A stretch of DNA of 64,000 nucleotides, from NCBI GenBank assembly GCA_036172245.1, contig JAYWIR010000026.1:2852001-2916000 (forward strand). The letters are read 5' to 3'. The first letter of the stretch is position 1; every line of letters begins with the position of its first letter. Shown here in pieces: positions 62,001 through 64,000 of this stretch. The notes under the pieces are model-generated. The model worked only from the letters and a program-made list of their open reading frames with translations, had not been told where the DNA came from and did no database searches. Origin of the DNA: Raillietiella orientalis. Taxonomy: Eukaryota. The position numbers were made by a program, and so were the translations under genes.

Positions 62001-64000
62001 GCAAGGAAAACGATAGCGTAAAAAAGACCATCGTCCCGAAAGGAAGTCAAATGAAATCTTAACTGGGAAGTTACTAAGTGTTTTTGAATCGATTGACACC
62101 CATCCACATCGATCAATTATAAATTATACTTTTCGTTGTACGATACGAGCAAGAAACAATAAGAGTGCAAATAGAATCTTCAACGGCAATGAGTACATCG
62201 CATGGTTCCATTCTGAAAGACGATGAAATCCCGGCTTCCGTCTGTGGTGAATCCATCCAAACACGCCACCGTACTGACAAACGTTCCGACAAAAAAGACC
62301 AAGGTCGAATGTAAATTGGAAAGTGATTTCCTGCTTGCCGATGACCTTGTGTGGCGAAAGTTTAATAGAAAACGTTTTGGATTGCTCAGCATCGTGCGGG
62401 TGGTCTCCTGTGCGGGAGTCTTCACTGTGGCAAGTACGCGTGCCACACGAAACGCCTAGGCTTCTCATCTCGGCCGAGATTTCCTTAATGGCCTTGCATG
62501 TGCCTGATCTCAGCAAGAAAACCGAGTCACGGGAAAGGCACCACCCACCACTGTTATTTTACGTTCTCAGCACAAAGGTGAGCTGAGTCTACCTTTCGGC
62601 TGCAATTCCGGAATGGCAGGCTGCAAATTTTTGATTTTTGGTAAACGTCAGGCTAACACTTTGCTTGCAGCTGGGTATTTCTCCTTGGAGGCGGCGGTTA
62701 TTGAATCCTGGATCAGTCACGATTTGGCACACCTGTGGTGCTACCTGCTTATGAGAACCACGTTTGAACAACATCAGGTTTTCGACGTTGCTTCGGTGCA
62801 GCAAAAAGTATTTCTGAGCTGCAGGCAGCACGCGCGGCGTAGAAGTAGTACTGTTTCGCTGCGGATCCTGGAATGAGTTGGGCGCCCCCGTCGTGATGGC
62901 AGAAGGATCCGGCAAGCGTCTCTGTGGCGTGCAAGCGCCACGTCGATGGCTTTGTCGCAAGGAAACAACTCATAGATCTTCGTGGCGTTGGCATCGGCTG
63001 CAACTCTCGTCGTGGCTTTCTCGGCTTCAGCAAAAGACGAGTATGCATGTTATGCGTGGATTGCTGCGGATGCGACGGGAACATCTGGCAAGGCTTCGCT
63101 TGCACAGGTTGTAATCCGATGAGGAATGCTTTCGATGATAACAAGGGTACTCCGCCGTGGCGTCGATCACATCCGTGAATTTGCTCACAAGAGCACCTAG
63201 ACTCCCAATTTGTGAAGCAAGCTAACGCTCGTCGATTCGCCCTGGCAACACACCCCTATGATGGTGGAGCGTAGACACTCTGGTGCGAAAGACAACACGC
63301 CGCCTTGGTCAACACAAGGAGGTGGTTGTGCAAATAGAAAATCAATTTTGGCAGGTGGAGATTTAGAAGAAATCGTAGTGGTCTTTGTCCGCCTGTAGAG
63401 TTGGATTCATCTAATGCGGCGTGTCGCGGAAGATGTGCCTGCTGGGGAGGAGTCACCAGGAGAGAAGGAGCACATAGTAAGAAGGAAGACAAACAAACAA
63501 ACGCAAGAATGTCCAACGGAGAGTTTTGAATTGTTTAGGAAGGATGTGTAAGGAAACAATCACAGTTTTCCATTTGCATCCTCTCAAGGATGTCGGCAAA
63601 GTCGTCCTGTCTGTGTGTAGACAACATTCATCGCTCTGCAAACTTAAGACAGAATATATGCATATGTTCTCTTCTGTTCGGTATCATGGTCAAGAGAGAC
63701 AACAGAGATGTTATGCGCGGCTTTTCATCCTCAGTTGTGAAGTCGTTTGGTCACCCCGATTTCATGAAGGAGCTGCGATCGTCGAGGCGGGCGGCGTTGC
63801 GCCAAGCGGGAAGACGTGTCGGACTAAGGCCTTCGGGTGGTCTTCAGGGGAGTTGGAGGAAGTGGTCAAACGTTTCCTGCACATGACCGGAGGGCAGTGC
63901 ACTTAAAATTCAACAGCAAAATGATTCTCTTTCGTAGCATTTAGCACGGTCTCTTGTCCTACTTCTCCTGTTCTATTTGTAGAGGGCGTGTGTTGAATAT

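Larger units (their letters stand above)
57400..63000 (-). mobile_element. Possible ancient full-length relic of the same group
   Basis: Weak but collinear matches: ORF1-like PHKV....E...........FC (~62350), APE-like LLLACNAGKHSNTLPKSRDI (~61160) and SAGIAVL, RT-like RQPVALMSIIDMEL (~59600), AEEHLLLL (~58990) and finger-like sequence (~57750). Boundaries approximate. Confidence 0.42.

Noticed and set aside
63735..63906. GC-richer stretch after a possible tcctcag acceptor, perhaps a host exon
   Set aside because: No recognisable protein similarity in any frame and no supporting neighbouring exons.

Overview
Eukaryotic, probably invertebrate, genomic DNA. Positions 1 to ~51.2 kb are an almost uninterrupted nested array of L1/Tx1-clade non-LTR retrotransposons. 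Each has an ORF1 with CCHC zinc knuckles and an ORF2 with APE endonuclease, RT and a C-terminal Cys/His finger. There are about 17 segments from at least five related families, labelled here A (segments A, D, F, G), B (B, C, E), H (H, I), L (K 3' part, L, Q) and J/M. The junctions are not random. Wherever an element terminus meets the interior of another element, it sits antisense inside a different family, often at a recurring site. B inserts into A at a 17-bp target seen four times. A inserts back into B about 25 codons away in the homologous EN-RT linker. L inserts at RT motif A (KAFD), and H inserts into J ORF1. The elements lack long poly(A) tails and share a structured 3' UTR. Most share a 5' GGACGTG (DPE-like) motif, which in several cases lies exactly +28 from an Inr-like sequence supplied by the target. 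Families B, L and M have a TAATG ORF1/ORF2 overlap. Only copy I has an open full-length ORF2. After the array come the last two exons of a DNAJC2/ZRF1-like gene (+), overlapping tail-to-tail with an MSH2 C-terminal exon (-). The rest is AT-rich DNA holding much older relics of the same element group and some inverted repeats. All calls were made by eye, without database searches.
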